Shown: positions 19,481 through 29,366 of the stretch, in pieces
How positions within the stretch are numbered: position 1 is the stretch's first letter
Layout of the letters: every line of letters begins with the position of its first letter
Assembly: GCA_965223325.1 (NCBI GenBank)
Contig: CBDCWI010000001.1
Coordinates: forward strand, 2,048,001-2,112,000
Origin: Candidatus Multivoradales bacterium
GTDB lineage: Bacteria; Acidobacteriota; Thermoanaerobaculia; Multivoradales; Multivoraceae
Length of the DNA: 64,000 bases
Reading direction: 5' to 3'
The notes under the pieces: model-generated
The model's input: the letters and a program-made list of their open reading frames with translations, nothing else
Told to the model about the DNA's origin: nothing
Database searches by the model: none
Made by a program: the position numbers and the translations under genes

Positions 19481-19519
19481 TTCATCTGAAACGTATCACA
19501 GAATATCTTGCAGGTGAAA
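19480..19519 (-). promoter_or_regulatory. Imperfect inverted repeat over the putative TA promoter (candidate autorepression operator)
   Basis: tttcatctgaaacgtat-N6-atatcttgcaggtgaaa (13/17 paired). Minus strand reads TTCACC-N17-TACGTT just upstream of the antitoxin ATG. Confidence 0.55.
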
Positions 19520-19545
19520 CCGAGTTCCATTCGACTCAGCGGGTT

Positions 19546-21273
19546 CTACTCGCCCAACCGCGAAAGTTCACGCGCCGCACGGATCCAAGCGTGGCGATCG
19601 CCATCGCCAACGTAGAAGTAGGCCGAGCCGTTTGGCACCAGGGCCACACCGATCCCGCCGTAGCCGAGCATCAGCGGAACCCAATGCGCGTTCTCCACAC
19701 CCGCTGGATTCGGCAGACTGACCTGGCGCGCCCACATACCGAGGCGGTAGCGCGCCGCGTCGCCGCGATGGAGAGCTGCTAGGCCGGGGTCGTCGAGTCG
19801 ACGTTGCATTGCCGAAGCCAGAAGCTCCGGCTGCAGAACCTGCCGACCGCCGGCGCGGCCCCGGTCGCTGCCCCAGAAGATTGCCAGCTTGGCAAGATCA
19901 TCGCGTGTCCAGAACAGTCCGTAGCCACCAAAGGGCAGGCCGTCGTCCCGGTTGCCGGTGCGCACCGATCGGCGAGCGCCAGCGCTCAAACCGATGGGTT
20001 CGAAGACTTCGCGGATCACCCACTCGAAGATGTCAGCCCCGGGGCCCTCTCGTTTCTCGAGGAACCGATCCATCGCCGCGATCAGCAGGAAGGTGTCGCT
20101 GGAGCGGTAGACCCACCGCTTGCCGGCTTCCTCTCGGTGCGGGTAAGACGCTGCATGAATCAGGCGTTTGCGCAGGTTCTCCTCGAGAAAGAAGTCAGCT
20201 TCGCTGACGGCGCTCTTCTCGTCGACCTGCTCGCCCGGATCGACGTAGTGGCCAGTGGCCATGTCGAGCGCATTCTCGAACGTCACGTCTTCGAGCCGGC
20301 GGCGCCCCGGGATATCAAGGTAAGCACCCAGCGGGGTACCGAGAACTTCGGAGCCGTACACCTCGGCGAGCCGCAGTAGAGCAGCCGCCGCAAAGGCGGT
20401 CTTGGCCGTCGAGTAGGACGGCAAACGCAGTTCGTCGGGATAGGGGTAGGTCCCATGACGCGTGCGGATGGGCTCGGTATAGAGCGTACGGTCTAGCACC
20501 ACGCCCGAGGAGAGCGTGTCGGCGACGTCGAGATCGACCTGGAAGGCCGAGTGATCGACCCGTTCTCCGTTCGGCCGGCGTTCGAGTTCGCGCAGCTCCC
20601 TCACCGGCAATCGACCGCTCCGTTCCCTGCGGTATCGCGAAACGACGGCTTCTCGTTCTGCGACAGCACCGGCGCGATAACGCGCTTCGAGCGCACCCGC
20701 CGCATCGAACTTGAAGTAGAGGCAGGTCTCCTGGGTGATCTGGAACGCGACCGGTGACACCTGGCTACCGTTCCAGAGAAAACTCAGGACGCCGTTATGG
20801 GTGCAGTTCTGGTTGCGCTCAACGAGCGCGAACGGCAATGAGGCCTGAGAAAGACCCTCTTCGACCTGCCAGATCCTCCCCGCTCCGACAATCGCGTTCC
20901 AGCGCGCGTGGCCCGTGAAGCGCAATCCCTCTTCCAAAGGGATCAAGGCACCTCCGTCCATGACCAGGCGAAGATCGAGCTTCGGAAAGCGTCGCACCTC
21001 GCGAACCGCCAGGCGCTCGTAGGGGTCGCGGAGCGCCGTCATTCCCGGAAGCGACTGTTCGGGAATCGAAAGCGTCCCTTCGAAGGGATGCACGGGACTA
21101 GAGGCATCGGCAGGCGGCCCGAAGTGAGCGTCGTCAACCGGGCCCAGGAAGGCGCCGCGAAGTATCACCTGGACGCTCAGAACCGAATCCTGCGCCTCTT
21201 CGGACTGAGCTCGCACCGCCGGCACAAACGGCAACAGCACAGCGAGCGCTGCCAGGAACGGTACAGAGAGCAA
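19546..21273 (-). CDS. Secreted serine hydrolase (class C beta-lactamase-like) with extra N-terminal domain
   Basis: Signal-like LAALAVLLPFVPAVRA; YSTAK (SxxK), LDMATG, WVYRS, GYGG. Start uncertain; the ORF is open to 21426. Confidence 0.75.
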   Translation of the reverse strand: MLSVPFLAALAVLLPFVPAVRAQSEEAQDSVLSVQVILRGAFLGPVDDAHFGPPADASSPVHPFEGTLSIPEQSLPGMTALRDPYERLAVREVRRFPKLDLRLVMDGGALIPLEEGLRFTGHARWNAIVGAGRIWQVEEGLSQASLPFALVERNQNCTHNGVLSFLWNGSQVSPVAFQITQETCLYFKFDAAGALEARYRAGAVAEREAVVSRYRRERSGRLPVRELRELERRPNGERVDHSAFQVDLDVADTLSSGVVLDRTLYTEPIRTRHGTYPYPDELRLPSYSTAKTAFAAAALLRLAEVYGSEVLGTPLGAYLDIPGRRRLEDVTFENALDMATGHYVDPGEQVDEKSAVSEADFFLEENLRKRLIHAASYPHREEAGKRWVYRSSDTFLLIAAMDRFLEKREGPGADIFEWVIREVFEPIGLSAGARRSVRTGNRDDGLPFGGYGLFWTRDDLAKLAIFWGSDRGRAGGRQVLQPELLASAMQRRLDDPGLAALHRGDAARYRLGMWARQVSLPNPAGVENAHWVPLMLGYGGIGVALVPNGSAYFYVGDGDRHAWIRAARELSRLGE

Positions 21274-21424
21274 CTTGCCGAGCGCGCCCTCGCGTATGAG
21301 CCGCGAGGTAGATCCATCGACAAGTTGTCGGTGATACCGTCGCCGAACCCCTGAAGCATCACGCGCTGCCATCCTTCTCGGCAGGCTGCCAGGACCCGGA
21401 ACAAACATCAAGGAGACCCACCCC

Positions 21425-21799
21425 ATGATCGGCTACGTAACTGTTGGAACCAACGACATCGACAAGGCTTGTGAATTCTACGACGCACTCCTCGGCGAGG
21501 TCGGCGCCAAGCAGATCTTCGGCATGGACAGAATCAAGTTCTACGGCACCGGCCCCGATCAACCGATGTTTGCCGTCTGCAGGCCGTATGACGAACAACC
21601 GCAGCACCAAGGCAACGGCAACATGGTGGCCATTCCCGGTGGCTCAGAAGAAGGCGTCGACAAGCTCTACGCCAAGGCCCGTGAGCTGGGAGCAACCTGT
21701 GAGGGTGAGCCCGGCGCCCGCATGCCAACTTTCTACGGTGCCTACGTCCGTGACCTCGACGGCAACAAGCTCTGCTTCTTTCAGATGAAGCCCGCCTGA
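21425..21799 (+). CDS. VOC/glyoxalase family protein
   Basis: MIGYVTVGTND..A..FYD, GNGNMVA, GATCEGEPG.R..FYGAYVRDLDGNKLC; AGGAG RBS. Confidence 0.93.
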   Translation: MIGYVTVGTNDIDKACEFYDALLGEVGAKQIFGMDRIKFYGTGPDQPMFAVCRPYDEQPQHQGNGNMVAIPGGSEEGVDKLYAKARELGATCEGEPGARMPTFYGAYVRDLDGNKLCFFQMKPA

Positions 21800-21923
21800 G
21801 GCAACGCCGCTGCGGAGGGCGTTGAGAATGGCTGCGGGCGAGGGCGACGAGCACGGGTGAAACATCCACCCGCCTATTGCGTCCAATAGGCAGCTTCACC
21901 TGAACCCCGGAGATCTCTTTTCG

Positions 21924-24434
21924 ATGCTCAACGTCCGCCAGGCCCTGCGCTCGCTCTTCGGCCCGCCGCTCATCACAGCCGTCGCCATTCTGTCGTTGGC
22001 CCTCGGCGTCGGCGCGAACGCCGCAATCTTCACGCTCTTCGAGCAGCTCGTCCTGAGACCACTGCCGGTCCACCAACCGGAGCAGCTGGTCAATCTCAGG
22101 AGCCCAGGGCCCAAGATGGGGTCGGTGTCCTCGAGCAATGCCGGCGACTCCAGCTACATCTTCAGCTATCCGATGTACCGCGACCTGGAGCGGTTGGCTG
22201 AAGATCCAGAGCGCGGCCTCGCCGGCATCGCGGCGCACCGCTCTTTCGGAGCGAACCTGGCGTTCGACGGCACGACCTTCGGCGACGACGGTATGTCGGT
22301 GTCGGGCAGCTACTTTCCGCTGCTCGGGCTCCAGCCCGCGCTCGGCCGACTGCTCGGTCCCGAGGACGATACGGTCGAAGGCGGCCACCCACAGGTGGTG
22401 TTGAGCCACCGAACGTGGACCACGCGCTTCGACGCCAATCCGGCGGTCTTGAATCAGAGCCTGGTCGTCAATGGGCAACCGTTGACGATCGTGGGCGTTG
22501 CTCCACGTGGCTTCGAGGGCACAACGCTCGGCCGCAACCCGGCGATCTTCGTGCCCATTTCGATGCGCGGCGTGCTCACGCCGCGCTTCGACGCCTTCGA
22601 CAACCGCATGAGCTACTGGATCTACGTCTTCGGGCGCCTCGGTGACGGAACGCCCATTGAATCCGCCACCGCGGCCATGAACAGCTCTTACCGCTCGATC
22701 ATCCAGGAGGTCGAGCTCCCCCTCCAGGAGGGCATGGGCGAAGACGGCAAGAGCCGCTTCGCCGCCAAGGAACTGCTCCTCGAGCCGGGTAGAGGCGGTC
22801 AAAGCAGCATGCGCGCCGAGGTGACGACGCCGCTCCTTCTCCTCCTCGGCGTGACGGGTTTCGTGCTGCTGATCGCCTGCGCCAATGTCGCCAACCTGCT
22901 GCTCGCCAAATCGATGAACCGCGCCTCTGAGATCGCCACCCGCCTGTCGATCGGCGCCCGGCGCCATCAGATCGTGGGCCAGCTGCTTCTCGAGTCGTTC
23001 CTGCTGGCCGCGATGGGGGCGACCCTCGGACTGGCGGTGGCGTTCTGGACGTTGCGCGGGCTCCAACAGCTGATGCCGGCTGACGCTCTCGCCGAGCAGA
23101 TTCTCCGACTGTCTCCGGTGACCTGGATCTTTCTGGTGGTGATGGCCATTCTGACCGGCCTGGTGGGGCTGTTCCCGGCCCTGCACAGCACGCGCCATGA
23201 CCTGGTGAGCGCAATGCGCAACCAGTCGGGTCAAGTCAGCCGCGCCAAGGGAGCCAACCGCTTCCGCTACGCCATGACAACGATTCAGATCGCCCTCTCG
23301 ACCGCACTGTTGATCTCGGCCGGGCTCTTCACCCTCAGCCTCTTGAAAACCACCGAGATCGACCTCGGCATCAAGACCGACAGCCTGCTGACCTTCTCGA
23401 TCGCACCAGAGCTCAACGGTTACGAGCCGACCGAGTCGCGCGGCTTGTTCGAACGCATTGACGAGGAGGTCGAGGCACTCGCCGGTGTCGCCGATGTGAG
23501 TTCGGCGATGGTGCCACTGATCTCGGGAGACAACTGGGGAACCGGCGTCTCGGTCGAGGGCTACGTTCCTGGCCCAGACGAGAACGTCACCACCAACTAC
23601 AACGAGGTCGGGCCCGGCTACTTCGGCACCGTGGGCATTCCGCTTCTGGCGGGGCGCGACTTCACCGACAGCGACGACCTGAACTCGCCCAAGGTCGCGA
23701 TCGTCAACCAGGAGTTTGCCGAGCGCTTCGGCCTCGGCCGCAATGCGGTAGGCAAATTCATCTCGACGTCGACCGGTGACGCCGTTGAGCTAGATATCGA
23801 GATCGTCGGCCTGGTCAAGAACGCCAACTACAGCGATGTCAAGCAGGAAGCTCCCTCGCAGATGTTCCTGCCCCACAATCAGAACGAAGATCTCGGCTTC
23901 ATGAACTTCTATGTCCGCACACAAGGCGAGCCTGAGGCGCTCATGTCTTCGATTCGCACGGTCACCTCGCGACTCGACCCGAACCTACCCGTCGAGGGGC
24001 TACACACCATGGATCATCAAGTCAGCGAAATGCTGGTACTGGAGCGCGTCCTGAGCACCCTTTCGGGCGCCTTTGCAGTCCTGGCAACCATCTTGGCTGC
24101 GATTGGGCTCTACGGCGTGCTCGCCTACTCGGTAGCGCAACGACGTCGCGAGATCGGCCTGCGCATGGCTCTCGGTGCAGACTCAGGAAACGTCTGGGGC
24201 ATGATCCTCAAGCAGGTGGCGTGGTTGACCGTACCCGGCGCCCTCTTGGGCGTCGCGGCAGCGATCGGCATTGGACAGGTCGCGAAGTCACTGCTCTACG
24301 AAGTCGACGGGCACGACCCGACGGTCTTCGCGAGCGCGACTCTCACCTTGCTCGTAGTGGGCTTACTGGCCGGCCTCCTACCCGCCCGCCGCGCCACCCA
24401 GATCGACCCGATGCTGGTTCTGCGCGACGACTGA
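21924..24434 (+). CDS. ADOP-type duplicated MacB/FtsX ABC permease (orphan)
   Basis: AILSLALGVGANAAIF, FSYPMYRDL, VLLIACANVANLLLA, R.SEIATRLSIGA, GLYGVLAYSVAQRRREIGLRMALGA, PARRATQIDPM. No ATPase gene nearby. Confidence 0.93.
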   Translation: MLNVRQALRSLFGPPLITAVAILSLALGVGANAAIFTLFEQLVLRPLPVHQPEQLVNLRSPGPKMGSVSSSNAGDSSYIFSYPMYRDLERLAEDPERGLAGIAAHRSFGANLAFDGTTFGDDGMSVSGSYFPLLGLQPALGRLLGPEDDTVEGGHPQVVLSHRTWTTRFDANPAVLNQSLVVNGQPLTIVGVAPRGFEGTTLGRNPAIFVPISMRGVLTPRFDAFDNRMSYWIYVFGRLGDGTPIESATAAMNSSYRSIIQEVELPLQEGMGEDGKSRFAAKELLLEPGRGGQSSMRAEVTTPLLLLLGVTGFVLLIACANVANLLLAKSMNRASEIATRLSIGARRHQIVGQLLLESFLLAAMGATLGLAVAFWTLRGLQQLMPADALAEQILRLSPVTWIFLVVMAILTGLVGLFPALHSTRHDLVSAMRNQSGQVSRAKGANRFRYAMTTIQIALSTALLISAGLFTLSLLKTTEIDLGIKTDSLLTFSIAPELNGYEPTESRGLFERIDEEVEALAGVADVSSAMVPLISGDNWGTGVSVEGYVPGPDENVTTNYNEVGPGYFGTVGIPLLAGRDFTDSDDLNSPKVAIVNQEFAERFGLGRNAVGKFISTSTGDAVELDIEIVGLVKNANYSDVKQEAPSQMFLPHNQNEDLGFMNFYVRTQGEPEALMSSIRTVTSRLDPNLPVEGLHTMDHQVSEMLVLERVLSTLSGAFAVLATILAAIGLYGVLAYSVAQRRREIGLRMALGADSGNVWGMILKQVAWLTVPGALLGVAAAIGIGQVAKSLLYEVDGHDPTVFASATLTLLVVGLLAGLLPARRATQIDPMLVLRDD

Positions 24435-24470
24435 GTCAGGGGTTGTAAGGACCAAACGACCCGTCGACCG

Positions 24471-26006
24471 TCAATCGCCGATCCTGTCGCGGTATTCGTG
24501 GCGCCAGAACATCCGCACAACGCGCCCTCGGGAATCGGCTTCGAACCGCACCGTTTCACCATCAGGAATGCGAAACGATCCGTCGGCCAGGGGAACCAGC
24601 ACGGTCGTACTGCCGCCCGCTCCATCTGAAGGCGGATAGCTCGGCTCGTAAACCACCAGCTTGCCGTCCTCGATCAGGACCCGCGATTCGAAACGCCACG
24701 GATCGCTGTAAAGCCCGACGTACGTGTGCCAGACCTCCGGGATCTCATCCGTTGCCGTCTTCCTCGCTGCCTCGTCCTGGCGCGAGAGAGCCTTCTCGAT
24801 CGCCGGCGCCAGGACATCGTAGGCCTCATAGGCAAAGAAGCTCGGGCTTCCGTCGTCGGCGTTGGTCATCGCAACCACCGCGACTTTGCGCGCCGGCGAG
24901 ACAATCAGGTGCGTGCGGTTGCCACCAATCCACCCGCCGTGAGAAACGATCGTCTCTTTGCCGGTCGCTGAGCGATCCTGGTGCGACACACTCCAGCCCA
25001 GACCACGTCCTCCTCGCCAACTCGAAGACACCCAGTGCGGGCGCTGCATCTCGCGTACTGAAAGGGCGCTGAGTACTCCTTCCCCGAGGTCTTCCAAGTC
25101 CCCTGGGTCTCTGAACTGAAGCGAGGCGAAGCGCGCCATGTCGACAACATTCGACACCAGGTTGGCGGCTGGCCCGATCGCACCAGTGTCGTAGTAGTCG
25201 AAGACCTCACGGCTACCGTCGTCCATACGGCGGTAGTAGGAGATCGCGCGCTGGCGATGATGCCGTTCGCCGGGCTGGGTGGTGCTGCTCTTCATGGCGA
25301 GCGCACCCAGCACGTTTCGATCGACGTAGTCGTGCCACGACTGACCCGACACCGCTTCGACCACCGCACCGAGAATCGACATGCCGAGATTCGAGTACTT
25401 GTAGGTGGTGTTCGGGGCGAAAATGGCGTGCTGCTCACCGAGTGCCGCACGCAGCTCCTCGAGATCGGGGAACTCGTGGGTCGTCCAGTAGGGCACGCCT
25501 CCTTCCCGGGGCAGGCCCGCGGTGTGAGTGAGCAGGTTCCAGACCGTGATGTCTCCCCAGGCGTCGAACTCGGTAGCGATCGAAAACCACGGTAGATGCT
25601 TCGACACAGGGTCGTCGAGCCTGAGCTTTCCGGCATCGCGTAGCTGCATCACCGCAGTGGCAGTAAACAGTTTGGTGACCGAACCCATGCGATAGAGAGT
25701 CTCGGGCGTCGCCGGCACCTGGCGTTTGCGATCGCTCCACCCGAAGCCGCGCGCCCAGACCAGCTCCTGATCGCGAATGACGCCGACCGAAAGACCCGGG
25801 AGATCCTGGTAGGTCAACTGCTGTTCGGCCCACAGCTCATAGATCCCAATCGCCGCCTGGACGGCAGGGTCGGCCGCGAGCTCGCTCGTGATCTCACCTC
25901 GTGCGACGAGTGAGCCAGGCGTCCCGAGGAACACGAGCAGGCACACGATTGGGAACGCCCTGGAACAGACGCCACGGCGGGAAGAGTGACGTAGTCTCGA
26001 AAACAT
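24471..26006 (-). CDS. Secreted serine hydrolase (class C beta-lactamase / AmiE-like)
   Basis: YRMGSVTKLFTA (SxxK), LLTHTAGL, YKYSNLG (YxN), SHGG. Confidence 0.9.
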   Translation of the reverse strand: MFSRLRHSSRRGVCSRAFPIVCLLVFLGTPGSLVARGEITSELAADPAVQAAIGIYELWAEQQLTYQDLPGLSVGVIRDQELVWARGFGWSDRKRQVPATPETLYRMGSVTKLFTATAVMQLRDAGKLRLDDPVSKHLPWFSIATEFDAWGDITVWNLLTHTAGLPREGGVPYWTTHEFPDLEELRAALGEQHAIFAPNTTYKYSNLGMSILGAVVEAVSGQSWHDYVDRNVLGALAMKSSTTQPGERHHRQRAISYYRRMDDGSREVFDYYDTGAIGPAANLVSNVVDMARFASLQFRDPGDLEDLGEGVLSALSVREMQRPHWVSSSWRGGRGLGWSVSHQDRSATGKETIVSHGGWIGGNRTHLIVSPARKVAVVAMTNADDGSPSFFAYEAYDVLAPAIEKALSRQDEAARKTATDEIPEVWHTYVGLYSDPWRFESRVLIEDGKLVVYEPSYPPSDGAGGSTTVLVPLADGSFRIPDGETVRFEADSRGRVVRMFWRHEYRDRIGD

Positions 26007-27345
26007 GGAAGATCTCCAGCCAGTGGATGCACGATCAGTCGTTGCGACCAGTCCGCAGTATAGGAGCGCGCTCGGAGGTGGCGCCCTCCTCTCTCTGGCC
26101 GCTCTACTTCTGGCCCTTTCAGGATGTGGCCCCAGCTCCCTGCAACAACCACAGGACCTGGCCGAGGAGGCAACGACCGATGCCGACACCGAGGTCGTCA
26201 CCGGCCTCGAACGCATCGCTCGCGGCGAAGACCAGTTCCTGCGCGGGCGCCGCATCGGGCTCATCGCGCACCGCGCTTCGACAACTCGCGACGGCCGTCA
26301 TGCCATCGACGTCCTGCACGACCGCGAACTCGACCTGGTGCGCATCTTCGCCCCCGAGCATGGCCTTCGCGGCGAGGCTGCGGCTGGCGAGTCGGTCGCC
26401 AGTGGCATCGATCCACAGACGGGCCTTCCGATCACCAGCCTCTACGGCGAGAGGCGGGCCCCTTCGGCCGCAGACATCGCAGGCCTCGACACTCTCGTCT
26501 TCGACCTGCAAGACGCCGGGGTTCGTTTCTACACCTACATCAGCACCATGATCCTCACCCTCGAGGCCGCCTCGGAGGCGGGCCTCGAGTACGTCGTGCT
26601 CGACCGTCCGAACCCTCTCGGCGGCGTGCTGGTGGACGGGCCGCTGGCGGCTCCACGCGAGGACGTACCGGAGAGTCTCGTCAACATGGCACCTGGACCG
26701 CTGGTGCACGGAATGACCGCCGGGGAGATGGCGCAGCTCGTGCACGCGCGCCGCGCTCCCGACGCTCGCCTCAGCGTCGTCGAAATGACCGGGTGGAGCC
26801 GCCACATGATCTGGTCGGACACCAACCGCCCGTGGGTCGCGCCATCGCCGAATCTACGCACCGCCGAAGCTGCTCTGGCCTACCCCGGAGTGGCGCTGTT
26901 CGAATCAACCAACATCTCAGAAGGCCGCGGGACCGAGGCACCGTTCCTGGTCTTCGGTGCGCCGTGGATCGGCGAGGACAACCACTTCCTGGGCTCAGCG
27001 CCGAGCGGCATACGGCTGGAACCAATCGAGTTCGAACCGGTCGGCTCACCCGCTGCTCCCCACCCCAAGTGGAACGGCGACCGCTGTCGCGGCTATCGCT
27101 TGCGCATCGAAGATGCGGACCTGTTGCGGCCGGCGGCCATGGGGGTCCAACTGTTGGCGCACTTTCAAACCGCACCGGAGTTCGAGTGGCGCCAGGGCGG
27201 CGACGCCTTGACCTGGCTCGTCGGCACGCCCGCGCTGATCGAGGCATTGCGTGCCGGTCGCCCCGCAGAGGGCATCATCTCGTCCTGGCAGCCAGGCCAC
27301 GATTCGTGGCGTGAGGAACGAGAACCCTTTCTTCTCTATCGATGA
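26005..27345 (+). CDS. namZ: Exo-beta-N-acetylmuramidase NamZ family (DUF1343) lipoprotein
   Basis: Lipobox LSGC; FAPEHGLRG, SLYG, DLQDAGVRFYTYI, VLDRPNPLGG, HGMTAGE, PSPNL, SEGRGT. True start possibly GTG 26023. Confidence 0.9.
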   Translation: MEDLQPVDARSVVATSPQYRSALGGGALLSLAALLLALSGCGPSSLQQPQDLAEEATTDADTEVVTGLERIARGEDQFLRGRRIGLIAHRASTTRDGRHAIDVLHDRELDLVRIFAPEHGLRGEAAAGESVASGIDPQTGLPITSLYGERRAPSAADIAGLDTLVFDLQDAGVRFYTYISTMILTLEAASEAGLEYVVLDRPNPLGGVLVDGPLAAPREDVPESLVNMAPGPLVHGMTAGEMAQLVHARRAPDARLSVVEMTGWSRHMIWSDTNRPWVAPSPNLRTAEAALAYPGVALFESTNISEGRGTEAPFLVFGAPWIGEDNHFLGSAPSGIRLEPIEFEPVGSPAAPHPKWNGDRCRGYRLRIEDADLLRPAAMGVQLLAHFQTAPEFEWRQGGDALTWLVGTPALIEALRAGRPAEGIISSWQPGHDSWREEREPFLLYR

Positions 27346-27348
27346 GCC

Positions 27349-28125
27349 CTACCCATCGACCGATCCCACCGATAGCGCGGCGAAAGTGGCGAGTTCGAGG
27401 TCCGACTTGGCAAGCGCCTCGCGTACCTCGACCGAGCAGAGAATCTCGAGCTCACGCAGGCGATCGTCGGCGTAGGCACTGGTGTCGCGCAGCGCCTGGT
27501 CTGACTCGCCGGGGTGACACATCACTTCGGTCACCCCGCCGGAGGCCGCAGCAGTGAGAACGTCGAGCAGCACTTCGAGTTGCGCGTTGACACCATAGAA
27601 ACGCTCTTCGAAGACGTCGGTAGTACGAACCCTGGTGCCAACAAGCCGAGGCGCTCCCCGTGGGTCGATGCGCCGAACGGGCAGGCCTTCATCCTCTGCG
27701 AGCTCGAGCACCACCGAACGAACCACCGGGTGACGGTGCGCATGGTGATGACTGTCGAGATGAGTTGGCGGGCGGCCCACCAGTCGCTCGAAGCGAGCGT
27801 ACTGCGCCCGGACCTCGGCACGCACCTCGGCTTCCCGGAGGTCGCAGAAGGCGTCGGGCCGACGATGGAACCGACCATCAGCCGCCGTGAGCGACGGAAG
27901 TTCGGCGGGCGGTAGGAGTGGGATACCACCGCTCAGCTGGGTGTGGAGGCCAACCCCGAGACGAGGGAAACGCACCAGGGACATAGCAGCGCTCTCAGCC
28001 GACTCGGCATTGACCATCAGGGTCGCGCTACTCACGATGCCCTCTGCGTGCGCTCTGAAGATGCCCCGATCGACACACTCGGAACGACCGAGGTCGTCGG
28101 CATTGATGATCACTACCGGCGCCAT
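27349..28125 (-). CDS. YdjC/ChbG family carbohydrate deacetylase
   Basis: IINADDLG, SSATLMVN, GVGLH, PTHLDSHHH, EVMCHPG, R..EL.IL. Confidence 0.92.
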   Translation of the reverse strand: MAPVVIINADDLGRSECVDRGIFRAHAEGIVSSATLMVNAESAESAAMSLVRFPRLGVGLHTQLSGGIPLLPPAELPSLTAADGRFHRRPDAFCDLREAEVRAEVRAQYARFERLVGRPPTHLDSHHHAHRHPVVRSVVLELAEDEGLPVRRIDPRGAPRLVGTRVRTTDVFEERFYGVNAQLEVLLDVLTAAASGGVTEVMCHPGESDQALRDTSAYADDRLRELEILCSVEVREALAKSDLELATFAALSVGSVDG

Positions 28126-28128
28126 GGG

Positions 28129-29058
28129 CTACTCGAGGCTGGCAAGGGCCAGGGTCACAGCGCCGGTAGCCGGTTCGTCTTCGAGACGAGACACTTCGGC
28201 GGCTGGCAGTTCGAGCTTCCTGGTCACTCTCTCGACCAGACTCGGGCAACCTTTGAACACGCCGCCGGCGAGAACCAGAGGATAAGACTCGGGCATCTCG
28301 AGCGGCGCTGCTGCGGCTTCGGCAGCCCGCGAGAGGTGGTGCGCCGCCTGTTCGAGTAGCGCCTCGGCCTCGGCGTCACCTTCGCCGGCGGCCTCTTCGA
28401 CCAGCGGGGCAAGCTGTGCGACGCGATGGCGCGACTTACCTTGTTCGTAGAACCACTCCACCAGGTCACTGGGCTGGTCGATGTCGAGCCGTTTGCAAAC
28501 CCGGCCGTAGACCGAGGTGGCCGGGCCACGTCCATCGGCGGCGCGGATTCCGAGGCGCACCGCGGCATGACCCAGCCAGTAGGCCGAGCCCTCGTCACCG
28601 AGCAGATAGCCCCATCCGCCCGAGCGCGCCGTGGTGCCGTCGGGCGCAACCGCGTAGGCAATCGAACCTGTACCGGCCACCACCACCACTCCAAGGGCCT
28701 CGTGTGCGCCCGCAACCAGAGCGATGTGTGCGTCGTGGACGATGGTGACATTCTCGCGCAAGCCGAGGCGCCGCAACATCGCGTGCAGAAGTTCGCGTTG
28801 ACCCGGTCGGTCGACGCCTGCGATCCCGAGACAAACCGCCGTGATCGGTCCCTCAGGGCGCAGGTCTTCGAGCAGCTGGTAGACCACCTTCTCAACTGCC
28901 AACTCGCCGTGCACCAGCAGGTTCGCCCCTTCGCCGCGCGCGCGCGCCACCACGCGACCTGTCGCGTCTGCCAGGAGACCAACGGTCTTCGTACCGCCAG
29001 CGTCGAGGCCAACGACCAGGGGTTCGGATTGTTGGTTTTCGTCGTCGGAGGGACTCAT
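28129..29058 (-). CDS. BadF/BadG-type N-acetylglucosamine / N-acetylmuramate kinase
   Basis: GLDAGGTKT, LGIAGVD, HDAHIAL, VAGTGSIAY, RSGGWGYLLGDEGSAYWLG. Confidence 0.88.
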   Translation of the reverse strand: MSPSDDENQQSEPLVVGLDAGGTKTVGLLADATGRVVARARGEGANLLVHGELAVEKVVYQLLEDLRPEGPITAVCLGIAGVDRPGQRELLHAMLRRLGLRENVTIVHDAHIALVAGAHEALGVVVVAGTGSIAYAVAPDGTTARSGGWGYLLGDEGSAYWLGHAAVRLGIRAADGRGPATSVYGRVCKRLDIDQPSDLVEWFYEQGKSRHRVAQLAPLVEEAAGEGDAEAEALLEQAAHHLSRAAEAAAAPLEMPESYPLVLAGGVFKGCPSLVERVTRKLELPAAEVSRLEDEPATGAVTLALASLE

Positions 29059-29231
29059 CAGAGAAACCTCGAGGGTGCCGGTTGGCGCGCCCCCTCTTTC
29101 ACGTTCTCGAACTTGTAGGGAACCACCCCATGGCGTGGCGCATCGCCTGAGCCGAATAAGAGCGACCTTATACGCATTCTGGCGCCCTCGGTTGCGACTT
29201 TCGACAGTTCGAATCGACCTGTTCGGCCGGC

Positions 29232-29259
29232 TTGCAACAAAGCTCCAAGGTGCTACGCT
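29232..29259 (+). promoter_or_regulatory. Putative sigma70 promoter for the TonB receptor
   Basis: TTGCAA-N16-TACGCT with an extended -10 TG. Confidence 0.35.
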
Positions 29260-29366
29260 GAACCGGCTCACGCCCCGATTTCTTTACGCAGATGTGGACG
29301 AGACAGGGATGAACTGATCCCCGCCACGCCGCGACTCAGACGACGAGTCTAAGAAAGGACCGCCCC

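Noticed and set aside
21924-24434. ABC permease without an ATPase partner
   Set aside because: Orphan status is normal for the ADOP family, so it is not novel.
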